Shown here: positions 25,381 through 38,839 of the stretch, piece by piece
How the letters are laid out: every line of letters starts with the position of its first letter
How positions within the stretch are numbered: position 1 is the first letter of the stretch
Assembly: GCA_028023455.1 (NCBI GenBank)
Contig: JAQFVV010000007.1
Coordinates: forward strand, 6,572,001-6,636,000
Source of the DNA: Epiperipatus broadwayi
Taxonomy: Eukaryota > Animalia > Onychophora
Length of the DNA stretch: 64,000 bases
Direction of reading: 5' to 3'
Position numbers and translations under genes: made by a program
Notes under the pieces: model-generated
The model's database searches: none
The model's input: the letters and a program-made list of their open reading frames with translations, nothing else
What the model was told of the DNA's origin: nothing

Positions 25381-26621
25381 TAAACCTGGGTCTCATTTTA
25401 TGCAGTAGATAGGTTCCTCAGAAAATGTGCACAAAAGAAATCGCATAAAAGCAAAGCAACAATGTATAATTACTTCAAAATTTGCATAAAAAAATAAGAA
25501 AATAAAATATGACTAAAAAAAAATTTCAAATTTGCAAAAAATTGATACAAGACAAACTTTTTTTATTAACTATAGTATTTAATTTTATTCAAAACAATAT
25601 ATTTTTATGCATAATTTACATTTTTTTCATACATGTACAGTATTTTAATTATTATCGCAATTTGAAACATCAGATTTGTCATGATGTGATGTGATGTGAA
25701 GTACTGTAGCTTCTCCTTAAATGAAGTCAAGAGGAAATTCAACTAAAACATTTTCCAATCGCTGTTAATCCTTCCCATTTCGCTAAGCGATCTAAAATTG
25801 ATATTTTTGTTTCCAAAGAAATTCATTTTCTTGGGTGTTTTTTCCTCTCCATTAGGGTAAACTAAAAGTTTAAAATAAAAATAAGGATTTACGATAATAA
25901 AAAGACACCTACTCACCACCGTTGGGCAAAATTTAATTAAAACTAACAATTAAAAATTAAATTCTTATTTTTGTTTTTAATTTTCAATGCCGTTTAAAAA
26001 TCAAATTTCATCACTTCACATCACATTAATTTAAGATCACATTACATAATTTTTAAATTGCTAATTACAATTAAAAATCAGATTTTAATTGTCAAATTTA
26101 ATTGTGCCCACCACTGTTACTCACCTTTTAAAAATAAACTTGTGAACACTAAATGATTAATTGATTACATACTCTTTTTATAAAAAGCAAAAATAGAACG
26201 TGATTTAAAATGCAAAAACAATAACATACATAATATTTTTCACCTATAACATTTGAACAGATTTATATTACAATCTTGTAAAAATTAATGTGTGTATATA
26301 AAATAGGGAAATCCTGATTTTAGGTGAATTATGAACTTCTTTATTGCATAAATCTATTACAGTACTATTATAAAGCACTGAAAATATTGAAATTATTAGA
26401 TGGAAGTTAAACTCCGATAATGCACTATTACTTTAAATATAATGTGAGTGCATGAAATTTATAATATTTAAAGTAATAGCACATTATCGGAGCTCGACTT
26501 CTGATCTAATAATTTTTATTGCATAAAAGAAAATCACATACGAAGATATTAAAAAGAAACATGAATCACATAACTTTAAAATTGCATTAAATAAATCCGC
26601 ATAAAATGAGATCCAGGTATA
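25381..26621. mobile_element. Non-autonomous TIR element with TA flanks (pogo/Tc1-mariner-like)
   Basis: Left ta|taaacctgggtctcattttatgc pairs with right gcataaaatgagatccaggtata|ta. Contains nested inverted repeats and a (CATCA)n LINE-tail fragment. Confidence 0.6.
26393..26515. repeat. Hairpin with arms of about 48 bp
   Basis: attattagatggaagttaaactccgataatgcactattactttaaatat versus atatttaaagtaatagcacattatcggagctcgacttctgatctaataat. Confidence 0.8.
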
Positions 26622-27199
26622 TATATATTGATAGCAGATAAATGAAGCTTTGAGTACTGATATAGCTTGATTATACATAGAAAAACAAATAATAAATATA
26701 TTTCAAACTGGTTTTCAATATGAAATATAAAATTAGAGTATACATTCAAAAATACACAAAGTTAAAAATTATTGCTTTAATAATAAAGCATTTGAAAAAC
26801 AAAATTAATAATAGAAAAACTTAAAAATAATTTTCATACAAAAATATTAAAAAGAAATATAAAAATTATAGAAAATAAAATAAAAAAATTGACAGTAAGA
26901 AAGTTAATATGAAAGATAACAAAAACAACAAAAATTTAGAAATAAAAAATTAACAATAATAAAATAAAAAGTATAAATAAAATTATAAACATATTAAATA
27001 CAAAATATAGTCATTTAATATATATGATAAAATGCACAAGTCTCTTTTAGAGTTATAATTATTTATTAAGCACACAGGAACATGGTTTGAGAGATCCCTC
27101 TATTGGCAAAATAGAGATATTGCTTGACTATAATAGATTTCAAGGCACATTTGATACAGGTTATAGCCTGTCTTAAAAGTATTTACAAGTCTCTTATAT

Positions 27200-27770
27200 T
27201 TTTTAGAATAATTTTTATTTTATTTTTCTAGCTGTTTCAACTGACTTGAGCCCTTCATCAGAGATATATAAATATTTTAGATTTTATTATATATGTCATA
27301 AGATATCAGTTTCAATCATAATACATTTAAATAGTTTTGTATGAACATTTAAAATGATTATAATTATATATAAACGTATCTTCCAACATATAAAACAAAT
27401 TTTAAATCTTATATTTTATATATAAAAAGCAAATAATTAATACCTATAAATTTAAACACAACTGTTCCTTAAAATTATATCGTGTGTTCTTAGTATAATT
27501 TTAAAAAATAGTTGTGTTTAAATTTGTTATTATTAGTTAATATTTATTTCTTTATATATATAAGGGTTACGGTATAAAATTTGTTTTGTATGTTGGAAAA
27601 TATATTTATTAAAAATTATAATCTTTATATATATATATATGTAAGTTATGTTGACATTAATATTTTATGGTATGTAATATCATAAAATATAAAATATTTA
27701 CAAATCTCTGATAAAATGAAAGTTCTAAGTCAGCTGAAACAGAAAATTAAAAAAAAACAACATTTTAAAG
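27200..27770. mobile_element. AT-rich foldback (arms about 260 bp) with HHR-like motifs at the outer ends
   Basis: Arms symmetric about 27485. Minus strand ctgatga agggctcaagtcagtt gaaa cagc ta (27228-27262) and plus strand ctgataa...aagtcagct gaaa cag (27708-27742). Confidence 0.7.
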
Positions 27771-27989
27771 TACAAAAAAAAAATGAAACATTTATTATAG
27801 TATAGGTGATTGAAAAATTAAGAAAAATGAAGCCATTATTACATATACTATTTAATAGATATTAAAATAATAAATAAAAAGAAAAAAGTCTAATGGCTTT
27901 TTAGAAAATAAATAATTTACAATAAAGATATTAGAATTATGTTAATGAGGTTTATGAAATAACTAACTAACAATGCTATCTAAAAATAG

Positions 27990-28285
27990 TCATCATCATC
28001 AACCATTATCAATCCACTCAGGATGAATGTTTCTCCAAGTTCAATCCATCTTCTCTGATCTTTAGCTTCTCTTCTCCATAGCACCCCTGCACACTTTCTT
28101 ATTTCATCCACCCATAATACATGTGGCCTCTTTCTGAGTCTTTTACAATCCCTTGGAATCCAGTTTATGATTTCAATTGTCCATCTATTATCATCTCTTC
28201 TAGCAATATGTCCAGCCCAACTCCACTTCAGCCTTTTAATTTTTTCAATAAGGTCAGTAACACCTGTTTGTTCTCTTACCCATAT
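27990..28285 (-). mobile_element. RTE LINE 3' end
   Basis: Minus strand REQTGVTDLIEKIKRLKWSWAGHIARRDDNRWT...WVDEIRKCAG, with (GAT)n tail. Confidence 0.9.
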
Positions 28286-29230
28286 ATTGCATACAAATAA
28301 ATATATTAAAGAAATAAAGAATTCAATTAAAACAAAGCTAAAAAAAAAAATTAAAACAAACAGATTACAAATGTAAGAGAAAAAGAAAGATTAATAAAAA
28401 GTCACTGGGAAAAAAACATTTAGACTTAATATGAATACAGATTCAGTTACAAAGACTTACTTATTGATTTAATAATTAAGTTCTTACATATATTTGTAAT
28501 ATATGATTTGTCATTAATTTAATAAACTATAAAGTATTAAATATATAAAACAATTTAAATAGTAGTAAATAGAAATTATAAATAAAATATTCAATAAATA
28601 ATTTATAGAGTTGATAATTTTTCTTATAATATTATTTTTTAAAAAAATATTGTAGATCTATTTATAAAAAGTAAAAATAGAGGGAGTTGTAAAAAACCTC
28701 TGACTGACTTGCCATGCTGATGTGGCTGTTTTGTTCAGCAAGATAAGTTAAAGTAAATATATATATTTGCGAATATCATCAGAAAATTTCATTACTACAA
28801 TAATTGTGTACTTACTATGTGAATGTGGAGAGAAAATTGGGCCAAAAGGCATAGATTTAATTGGATTTAGAAAGATTGGAAATAATATTGCTACTGTTTG
28901 GAAAGTGTTTCATTATGCTATTTTAAATATAGAAGTAAAAACATTTTTTTTGTGGGGGGGGGGTTTATTGTAAGGAGGTTTTATAATTAAGTTGTACATA
29001 AGGTTAGTTGGTTTTTAGTAATTTTGCTACTAAAGAATTTTTTAATTTAAGAAAAGAAGTAATTTATTTGAGAAAGAAGATAACATTTTGAGGCTTAAGG
29101 TTGGGAAATGTGTTTATCGATCACCATTGTAAGAAAGTAAAGTTTGTCTCCTTTTATATAAAAAAAATTTGAAAAATAGAAGAGGAAGCATAAAATTAAG
29201 TAGAGAGTAGGTGACTTGAAAATAAGAAAT

Positions 29231-30124
29231 ATGGATTGCATTTGTATCCCACAATGCTTATATAATGGTCAGAAAGAAACTAGGCATACTATGGTAGAGG
29301 GTACCATATGTAATGAGATTTATCTTTTGAAATGCTTAAATAAGACTCAGAAGGATATAACAGATTTATAGTTGTATAGACAATGTGTAAATATGATAAA
29401 AGAGGTGAAAAAGTCATTTATAAGTGTAGATAGTTTAAAGAGAAAGTCAGGAGAAATGGAGCAAATTATAGTTGAGAAAGATAGGATAGAGTATGTATTT
29501 AGTGACAAGAGATATGGATAAAAAATAAGTAGTGTGATAGAGATGGTTAGACAAAGAATAAGTAAGATAGAAGAAGAGGTAACAAAAACAAAATTAAAAT
29601 TATTAGAAATGAATCATAAAGAAGTAGATAAGGAAGTACAGAAGATGGAAGAGAATATTACGGATGAAGTAGGGAAAGTAAACTATGAGACAGAATGTGA
29701 AGATATAATTGCAAGGGAAAATAAAAACAGGTCTATAAGAATATGCCTTCCTGGAGCTAGAATTAGGGTTGTTACAGATAAGGTAAAGAAACAAGGGAGT
29801 AGAGATGTGCATATTATGGTAGGGACAAATAATTTGTCAGAGTCATTGGACAGAGTAATAAATGAGTACATAAAATTGATTAGTATTTTGAGTAAGATTA
29901 AAGAAAGACTAGGAATAGTTGGATTATTATCAAGATTTGACAATAGGCATATGTTAGATAGGGTATGGTCTATAAATGAAAGGTTGAAAAAATTGTGTGA
30001 GAGAAATGATGTTATGTTTGTGGAGGTATGGGATTTTTTTATTATTAAGAGGGAGTTATATAGTAAAAATGGATTGCACTTAGCAAAACTAGGAAGTGAT
30101 GTTTTAGGGAATTTGGATTTATAA
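29231..30124 (+). pseudogene. LINE ORF1: PHD-like Cys cluster, coiled coil, SGNH/GDSL esterase (2 in-frame stops)
   Basis: MDCICIPQC...TICNEIYLLKCLN...QC is in frame with ORF 29534-30124, which has CLPGARI, HIMVGTNNL and GLHLAKLGS (SGNH blocks). Confidence 0.8.
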
Positions 30125-30329
30125 AAAAATGTAGTTTGGGAAACTTATAAAGCTGAGGTGGGGTTTTAAATTGCAGTGTTATCAAAAAGAAGAAGAATGG
30201 ATAGGATAATAAGAAATAAACAAAGGGTAGCTGATTTAGATATAAATGTAGATGTAGAGAGGGAATAGGTCTGTAAAATTAATGGTAAGCAAGTTATTTA
30301 TAAATGTAATAGAGAATGAAGAGTCAAAA

Positions 30330-33300
30330 GAATTTATAAAAGAGTTGTTAGGAAAAAATAAATTATTAAATTCGATATTTGTATACACAATGTGACAGGA
30401 GATCAGAAAAGTGGCTGGAATAAAATGAAGAGCTTGAGGTACTAGAAGTAGTGGAAACACATCTAAGAGAAGAAGAAGGACTTATATTAGAAGACTTGGT
30501 ATGGCAGGGTATAAATAAAAAAGCAAAAGAAAAAAGGGTGGTGGTATAGAAGTTATGACAAAAATATTTAAATATTATTAAATGTCAAGAACATCTGTGA
30601 TTTGACATAAGGTTAGAAAGACAAGAATGGATGATGACTATAGTGTATATAGTCACTACAGATAGTCAAACTATAATGGAGTGGAACAGTAGAATATATA
30701 AATGCCAAGTTAGGGATGTATAGAGTTTCAAAAAAAAAGGGAGAAAATAATGGTTACTAAAGAAATTGATGATGTAGATAATAAGAATGGACAACTTTTG
30801 AAGAATTTTTGTCAGACAGTAAATTTGAGCATTGGAAAATTATCAAATATTTATGAGGGACAATACACATAATCTAAAACTAATATATTTCACACAATAT
30901 GTTATGTATTAATAGAGAAAGAGGAAATGAATAAAGTATGGAAAATTAAAGCGTTTGATAATGAAGAGAGAGTATGTAATTGTGAACATAATTTCTTTAT
31001 CATAGAAATAGTTAGTAATGTGATGGAAAATAGTAGTAAAATATAAAGGTTAGTGAAAGATGTAGATGGAGAATGAATGATAAAAATAAGTTAGATGAAT
31101 ATAAAATAAAAGTTGAAAAAACTACAGAAGAGTTGGTAGGAGATGAATATAAGGACTGGTGTGGTAAAGTAGAAAAAGTGGCAATTAGGATTTTAGGTGA
31201 GAATATTTAGAACAATAGAAGTAATTGAAAAGTGAGAGTTTGGACAAGTGTAAAAGAGAGAATGTGTGCTTTTAAGAACAAAGAAGGTGAAAAAGATGTT
31301 AATGTTAAATGATAAAAGTATTTTAGAAAAGAGAAGTTGGCTTAGATAATTATAGAAAGAGAATGAAATTAAATAGAAAATTGTTGGAGGATATTAATAA
31401 AAGTGGAAGAGATGGGAGTAAAAAAAATTGAAAATACATTAAAAGAAGGCATGTAGGAAAGAAATAGCATTACTAGATGATTAGAAGATTTAGAGACATT
31501 TACTAGATGATTAGAAGATTTAGAGACAACCTTAACTAAATATGTAATGGATATAGAAAAGTTGTTAGATGTGAAGAATAGATTGATAACAAACATAAAA
31601 GCATACAGTGATGGAAATATTAGGTTTACAAAAAATGAACTGAATGAGGCAGGGAAGAAATTAAAAGTGGAAATGCAATAGGTTTAGATAGATTGGCAGC
31701 AAAAATGATAATGAATTTAGAACATATGGCAAAATTAAACCTATTATCATGTTTTAATAAAATGACACAAAAGTGAGAGAATTTCCAGATATCTTGGAAT
31801 AATACAAGAGTAGAGCTACTATTTAAAGGAATGTATAAGGATCATAGAAAATTAAAAAATTATAGACCAATACTGATAACATCAATGTTATACAAGGTTT
31901 TCACATATATGGTGGTTGGAAGGGTCACAAAATGGATGGAAGAAAATAATATAGTGGGAGAAATGCAAGAAGGTTTTGATCAGATATGGATATAGAAGAT
32001 AGTTTATTTGTAGTTACACAACTTATAGATATGAGAAAAATACAATTAGACCATTATATAAATTTTTATAGATATAGAGAAGACCTATAATAGAGTAAAT
32101 AGAAATAGATTAAGGATAAGTTTAGTAAATTTGGGAATGGATGGAACTTTAGTGGGTCTTATTAAGAGATTGTAAGCAAATAATTACTATATGTATCAAT
32201 TAGGGAATATAAATCAGTTAAATTTAAAAATGGAGTGGGAGTAAGGCAAGGATGCCCTATGTTACCTTTTTTTTGTATTTGAGAGAAATGGAGAGAGCAA
32301 TAGAAAAACTAGGAAGAGGGGTAAAGATACCATTAACAGGTGGAAAAGGAGTATATATATTATCAGGTCTTTTATTTGTGGATGATGTCTTCTTCTGCAC
32401 ACAAAAAAGAGGAAGATATGGAAGTTATGCTGTGGCATGTGCAAGGGTAGGTAAAGAGATGAAGATTAAATTTAATGAAGAAAAATAAAAAGTAATGATG
32501 ATTAATACTGGGGAAAGAGAAGACAAATTTTTTTTATTGGGGGTTATAAAGTTAAGTGTGATGAATAGGTATTATTATTTGGGAATTGTCTTAAGTAATC
32601 AGAGAAATAGCTTGGATGAATGGAAAAAAAATTGATAAAAGAAGCAAAGAAAAGAAAAGGACTGATATAGAAATTAACAACATTTTTATATAATAAGTAT
32701 GATCTAGCTATAGTTGTATGGAAGGGAATAGGCAGTAGCAGGTTTAACATGATAATGATGCATTATGTGTTAGTAAAGGGGTGTTAGATTACTTAGAAAA
32801 AATGCAGAGAGAAGTAGGAAGACATAAATTAGATGCAGATGTGTGGTTGGCAAAGAAGGCAATTCAAGGAGAAATGAGATGGTCAAGTTTTTATATGAGA
32901 GATGTAAAAAGCAAAATGAAAATGTTTGGTTGATTGCAGTTTATGGATAATAAGAGATAGCCAAAATAGTATTTAAAAATTGGATTATGAGTAAAGGTCA
33001 GGCAACAAGATGGGTGAGAAAGGTAGTATAATATGCAGAAGATTTGGATAAAAAATTTATATCAGTATACTTATAAAAAGATGGGATGATTGTGTTAGAA
33101 GAATTGTTGAGCATTATAATGGGAAGGAATGGGATATATTAATAAAAAATAGGAAGTAGGAGAGATGGAGAACTAGTATGAAGAATAAAAAGAGTTTAAA
33201 TATATATAGAAGTAAACAGTATATTGGGTGTGAGTTAAGTTAATTTATGATAATAGCAAGGAAAGTAGTTTACTGTTTAAGGCTCAAACAGAATCTTTAG

Positions 33301-33600
33301 CAACAAGGGAACATACACATAAATGGAGAAATGTGTGTGATTTAGTCTGCAAGTTATGTAAGGAAAGCATAGAAAATATTAGGCATTTGTTAATTGAATG
33401 TAAATGCCTACAAGCAGAAAGAGTACAAATAATGTAGTTGTGGAAGAATAAATATAAACACAGTGATTATATGGAAAGTAGGTTCTTGATTTTTATGCTG
33501 GCTTTGGGAAAAAATAAGAGGAATTTAGATATAAAAGCCATGGAGTTGACAAAGATTATATTGTGGAAATGGGATGGAGCAGAATAGATAAGAATAGGGG
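30330..33600 (+). pseudogene. LINE ORF2 relic: APE endonuclease, RT, C-terminal Zn finger
   Basis: LEVVETHLREEEG...K(R)GGGI; YRPILITSMLYKVF; FIDIEKTYNRVNR; GVRQGCP; LLFVDD; CKLCKESIENIRHLLIEC. Many stops and frameshifts. Confidence 0.85.
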
Positions 33601-34526
33601 AAAAACATAGGGTGGAAAATGAAAAAGGAAGGTAAGGTGGCTAACAAGTTTCTCTGGGCATAGGGGCTGAGAGATTCCTAAGTCTGACACAGGAGAAGTC
33701 ACAATGCATTGCATCATATCACATTGCATAAACATTTTTTAACAGTTTAAACTTTTATTTAAGTAGTGAAAAGAAGTTAGAAAAAATTTAATTTTAAATA
33801 ATTTAAATGTTATAGCATAGATATTTAAATGGTTATAATATAGCTGATATAAACAAAGTTTAATGCTTATAATATTTGAACAGTAATATTTTTCAAAATT
33901 ATAAATTCATTGAAAGCAGTCAACTCTTAGTCAATACCAATATCAATAACAATCAACAATCTCAATCTGTTGTCAAGGCGACCTCCTTTAACAAAAAAGT
34001 GGAAATTCACCTCTATTTATGGTTTAATATGTTTATATAGATATTAAAGATTGTAATTTGGCCAAAAAGAAAGAACTATTGATATAAAGAAGTTTAAAGA
34101 AACCTAATTAAACAGGTAAATATATCTTGCTCTGAATGCAGATTGACAAATAACCAATTATAACATTCATATTGCAATTATAACTTTCAAACTGCACTTC
34201 TATAATGTATTATTTATATAAATAACGCTATTAATGCTCAAGTCTAGATAGGTTTGTAAGTGTAAATTCATAGAAAGCAATCAACTCTTATGCAGTACTG
34301 ATATCAATAACAATGAACTATTTCAAAACATTTTCAAAAATAATCTATAAAAAGTATAGAATGCATTTAAAGCGATTTAAATTTAAAGTTAAATATAAAA
34401 GTGAACATTTAGGTATATGTAATATGATATAAATATTAAAATTAATATAAAAATCAGATTTGAATTTATTTATTCTTTGCATATTTTAATATGTATAAGT
34501 AATTGATTTTGTTATGCATAATGTTT

Positions 34527-34800
34527 GTTAAAACAGTAAAACTCTCTCCTGAACGTAGACCCACTCAGTTCCAACTATAGTAATCAATAGATGCTAAAAG
34601 GTTTTTGCCAAAATTCCTATCTAGTGCTTACTCATTCATTATCCCCAGAATTGTTCCTACCTTGTGACATACATCAGACTGGGATCACTGAATAAATAGA
34701 CACTAGATAAGGACTTGTATGGAAACCCTTGTAGCATCTATTGATTACTATGGTTTGCACTGAGTGGCACAACTGTATGTAGAGGGTTGCTATTGTTTCA
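34527..34800. mobile_element. Short family A foldback
   Basis: Arms of about 120-150 bp. The plus arm begins at about the predicted HHR cleavage site. Confidence 0.7.
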
Positions 34801-34929
34801 ACAGCTTGTGTAAGCATAAGAAATGGTGATCATGTGATGTTTAGTAGTTTAATACCACTTTTGACCAAAGAATGATGATGACTATAGTTATAAAAAAACA
34901 AAAACAAGATTTAGAGATACTAAACTGGG

Positions 34930-35271
34930 GTCAAAACTGTATGACCATAAAAGCAAATGAGTTTGGATTGAAAACATTTTTGTGTTTTCATTTTGCTTTA
35001 TGGTTGATTTAAAAGGTAAAAGGTGACTGCTGGAGGGTTGCACTGGATCCAAGATCAGGGTGCAGTGCTATCAGATTCTAGACTCCTCACTGATGAAGGC
35101 CACAAGCTAGAAACTAGTATGGGGATATTGGATGAGTAGGCACTAGATAGGGATTTTGGTGCAAAAACTTTCTAGATAGAGATTTTATGCACAAGCCTTC
35201 TGACAACCATTGATTACTCTAGCTTGCACTGAGTGGCACTACTGTATGGGGAGTTTTGCCTGTTTTAATAA
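34930..35271 (+). mobile_element. Family A sense arm with HHR motif
   Basis: tcctca CTGATGA aggc cacaa gcta GAAA ctag ta tgggga (35084-35125). Confidence 0.85.
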
Positions 35272-35779
35272 CAATTCAGAAAATGTAGTAATTGCCAAAG
35301 ATATTTTGTTTATTGTTCTTTATTAATATACAATTATTTGTAAAATTCTTTCCCCTTTTCATAATGTTATATCTCTTTTTGGTAAAAGTTCCTTCTTGGT
35401 AAGGTGAAAATAACAGCTTTTAATACTAACTCCCTATTCTTTATTAATAAATCTATTCTTTTATCCCATTACTTACCACTATAACACTCAACAATCCTCC
35501 TAACACAATCATCCCATCTTTTGTACAAATATACAGATATAAATTCTTTATCCAAATCTTTTGCATACCGTATTACCTTTCTCACCCATCTTGATTGATT
35601 ACAGTGAAACACTGCCCTCTATCAGGAATAAGTTCATTATGAGATTGATTTAACTACCATCTAGTAGCCACTGAGGAAAGATAATTTTACAAGATTCACA
35701 TAGATATTATCAAGAAATTCTGATTAACATATATTTATAAAAAAAGATTTGAAATACCAGACACTCTTAAACTGGAGCC

Positions 35780-36065
35780 TAATTGTAAATATAGGAGATT
35801 TGAACTCAGACTTTCAAGCCACTTCACTATCCACACTATCTCATACTACTGATACACATGACCACACACATGCAGAAAAGATAAACAATCACTAATATGC
35901 GTATTTCATGCTAAACCAGTACTCATCAGTTGGTCCAGATTACCATCTCCCATACATATATATAGCTAGTGCTCAGTTTATATGAAGATAGAAAATCCTT
36001 ACACTTTAATGGACAGGCTTCAACCTACTCCAACCTCCAACTCTTCAGGCATCCATACCATTGAA
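35780..36065 (-). mobile_element. Repeat family B copy
   Basis: Minus strand ggtaatctggaccaa CTGATGA gtact ggttt agcat GAAA tacgcata ttagtgattg (core 35923-35929). Confidence 0.85.
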
Positions 36066-38029
36066 AAAAGGATGCATATAAACTTATTCCTCATTATCAT
36101 TTTTTGAGTTTTATCAGAGTATCTTTATCTCAGCTTTATAATATGTATCATCCACCTAAATATTTCTTTGCAAATAATTCTTTCATAGACAATAATTATA
36201 TACAGTATACATTATATGTAATATATAGGATATATGAGCACAGACTTCTAACCAGTTACACATTATATTAAAACCCCCATCTGCGTGTATATAAATTTAA
36301 TAAACAGCTAAGAAGAAAAAAAGAACTGCATTCACAATGATTTTATTAAAATTCTTATATTTTAAATGTGACAACTATTAAAAGGTAACGTTTTTAATTA
36401 AAAAAAAAACAAGTACCAACTTCCAATCACCTGTCTTTTCTTAGTACATAAATAAGTAATTAATATGCATCTATCAAGAATGATTACCATTTTCTTCTGG
36501 GAATACATAGTTTTTGCTTTTGCATAATATTTCTCATTTTAACAAGATTTTTAAAATTCTAACTATCGAGCAACTGTAAATTCTTTGGGGGGGTGATTAC
36601 TTAACACTTCATGTCCAATATACATTACATTAATGAGAGGCTAATATTTAAAATGAGTACTTTATTATGTAAAAAAATATATTTTCTATGTATGTATGGA
36701 CAAGACATACACATTTATAAATTATTATATTATTGTATCATTTGTGATTTGCAATAGTAATATATCTCGTTCAGCTCAACAATGGTGATGCAAGATCATT
36801 GGACAATGCCCGTGGGATTTACTACAATCGTAGGGTGATGAATTTGTGGTAAAGCTATATTGATCAAAGTTCAAATTGTAACTTGTGTCAGTTGAATAAC
36901 ACAAGACATCCAAAACAATTAACAAGTTGATTATTTTCTTTCATTTATTGGTCAATGAAGTCAGAATTGGCCTTCAGGTATTTCACAAAATTCCAATAAG
37001 AGCAATCTGTAAACAATCATTGAACACAGAACCCACAATTGATTTTCTTGTAATGTCTGTGAAGAGAAAAAGGACCACCAATTAGCAATTCTTGTGCAAA
37101 AACAATTAATATTCATTGATTTTATTCCTTAATTGAAAAATAGAAAGGAAGCCATGATATATATTTTCACAAATGTTCATTGACAATAAAATGGCACATG
37201 TCCACCAGTTATTACTTTTTTTCTTTTTTTGTCATCTTTACAAAATATTTGAATTTATCACATGTCCTAAGACTGAAAGAATAAATTGCTCAAAACTTCT
37301 ATTCTTGTTGTACTGCTTTTACTAGATCTCAAAAACATCCACTTTTCTTAATACCTTTTCACAATCTATAATTTAGATAGTTTCAACTGTTTAGCAGACT
37401 TCTTCAAATGCTTTGAAATGCCTCTTCAACAAATCTTTCAAATTACAATCTAACAATTACCATATTGATTTAAAAAAAAAATTAAAAACAATTTTTTAAA
37501 ATTAATTTTTAGTCTATAATATTGCAAAAAAAAAAACAAACAAACAAAAAACAAAACAATTTTTTTTAAATTTTTTAGTGAAAAAAAAAGTTCCTAAGAA
37601 TTAAAATGACTTCATGTGATTTGCATAAATCATTGTTCTCTGTAATGATCACTGTATAATTGAATTTTACTATTAAAATCATAATCTAAATACCTACATA
37701 TTATTTAAAAAAATTAACAACAACAAACAACAAATGGTCGTGAAAAGTTTTAAAAAAATACTGCAGTCAAATTTTAAAAATATTGAAAGTTTGGTCATTT
37801 ATAATTATGCTGTAATAAATAATTTACTTCACCAAAATTCATAATAGCAATTATACTGCACTTCAAATGCTTCTTGATGAAGTTAGAAAAATCATAGTTA
37901 AATATCAGGTTTAGCACTTTTGAGGTCTTTTAACCTCATGCTCATAGCTGAAGAATTAGAAATGTTGTAGTGTTGTTGACATTTGCTAATATATGTAGAT
38001 TAGTCTTCATATGCAAAACAATTTTACTA

Positions 38030-38830
38030 TTCAAAAGATCAATCAGCTTGACCACTTCTTAGAGATAGAGAAACATGTATGTGTCTTTTCAATTAATGGC
38101 ATGTGGATTGTTTATGATGTAGTATGCCTTTTTTGTTTTTCTTTTGCAGTTGTTTCTCTCAGTACACACATCTGAGGGCTGGAGGATTCAAACTGTGTAC
38201 AAATATATTCTAATGTGAGAATAGCCTAATAATGTACATGTTAATATGGACCACAATATTTTGAGTAACTTTCTTTTCTTTCTTCAGGTATTGCTAGACT
38301 TTAGACTTATGAAATATTGAATTTAAGATAATACTTCAACCAATTAGGTTATTTTGTCAAATACAACAGTAATGGTTCTACATACTTATTCATGAGGTTC
38401 CTTCTGGTTTCTCCATTTTTTTATTTTAAGAGCTGACTAATATGTCCAAATATTGTTCATTATCACAATAAGTTGACTTAAGGGATTATTTTTTCATTGC
38501 TATGTGAGCAGCTTTATTACATTTTTTTATTTTTATTTTTTCATATTTGTGCAATATTCTTGTGTTTTCTCATTTAAATATATGTTCTATGACATTTTCA
38601 TAATGTGCTACTTCAGACACAACTGTCTTTTCCTCTAATCATTTTTTGTTATGACTACTTTCACCAATGTATATCTTTTCACATTCACATAGTATTTCAT
38701 AGAAGCAGTTTTGGTTTTTCAGCAATTCAAGTTTAAGTTTTATAAATATTAAAGTTTCTTTCAGTGTGTTATGGTTCTAAAAAGCTATCTGATATTATAC
38801 TAATTGCTTTTGGCATTTTTTTGTTGTAAA
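38030..38830 (-). mobile_element. Penelope-like element relic: GIY-YIG endonuclease and pLTR region
   Basis: Minus strand NCFYEILCECEKIYIGES...SEVAHYENVIEHIFK*ENTRIL, then the HHR-like ctgaaga...ttactc aaaa at 38255-38287. Confidence 0.75.
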
Positions 38831-38839
38831 AAAGCATTG

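Larger units (their letters stand above)
29000..33735 (+). mobile_element. Near full-length decayed non-LTR retrotransposon (RTEX/CR1-L2-type architecture) with (CATCA)-like tail
   Basis: Two-ORF layout, purine-rich sense strand, recognisable APE, RT and C-terminal Zn-finger motifs. The 5' boundary is uncertain. Confidence 0.85.

Noticed and set aside
31470-31530. 30-bp tandem repeat considered as CRISPR-like
   Set aside because: Two adjacent units with no spacer, inside a LINE in a eukaryotic context. No CRISPR array is visible anywhere in the window.
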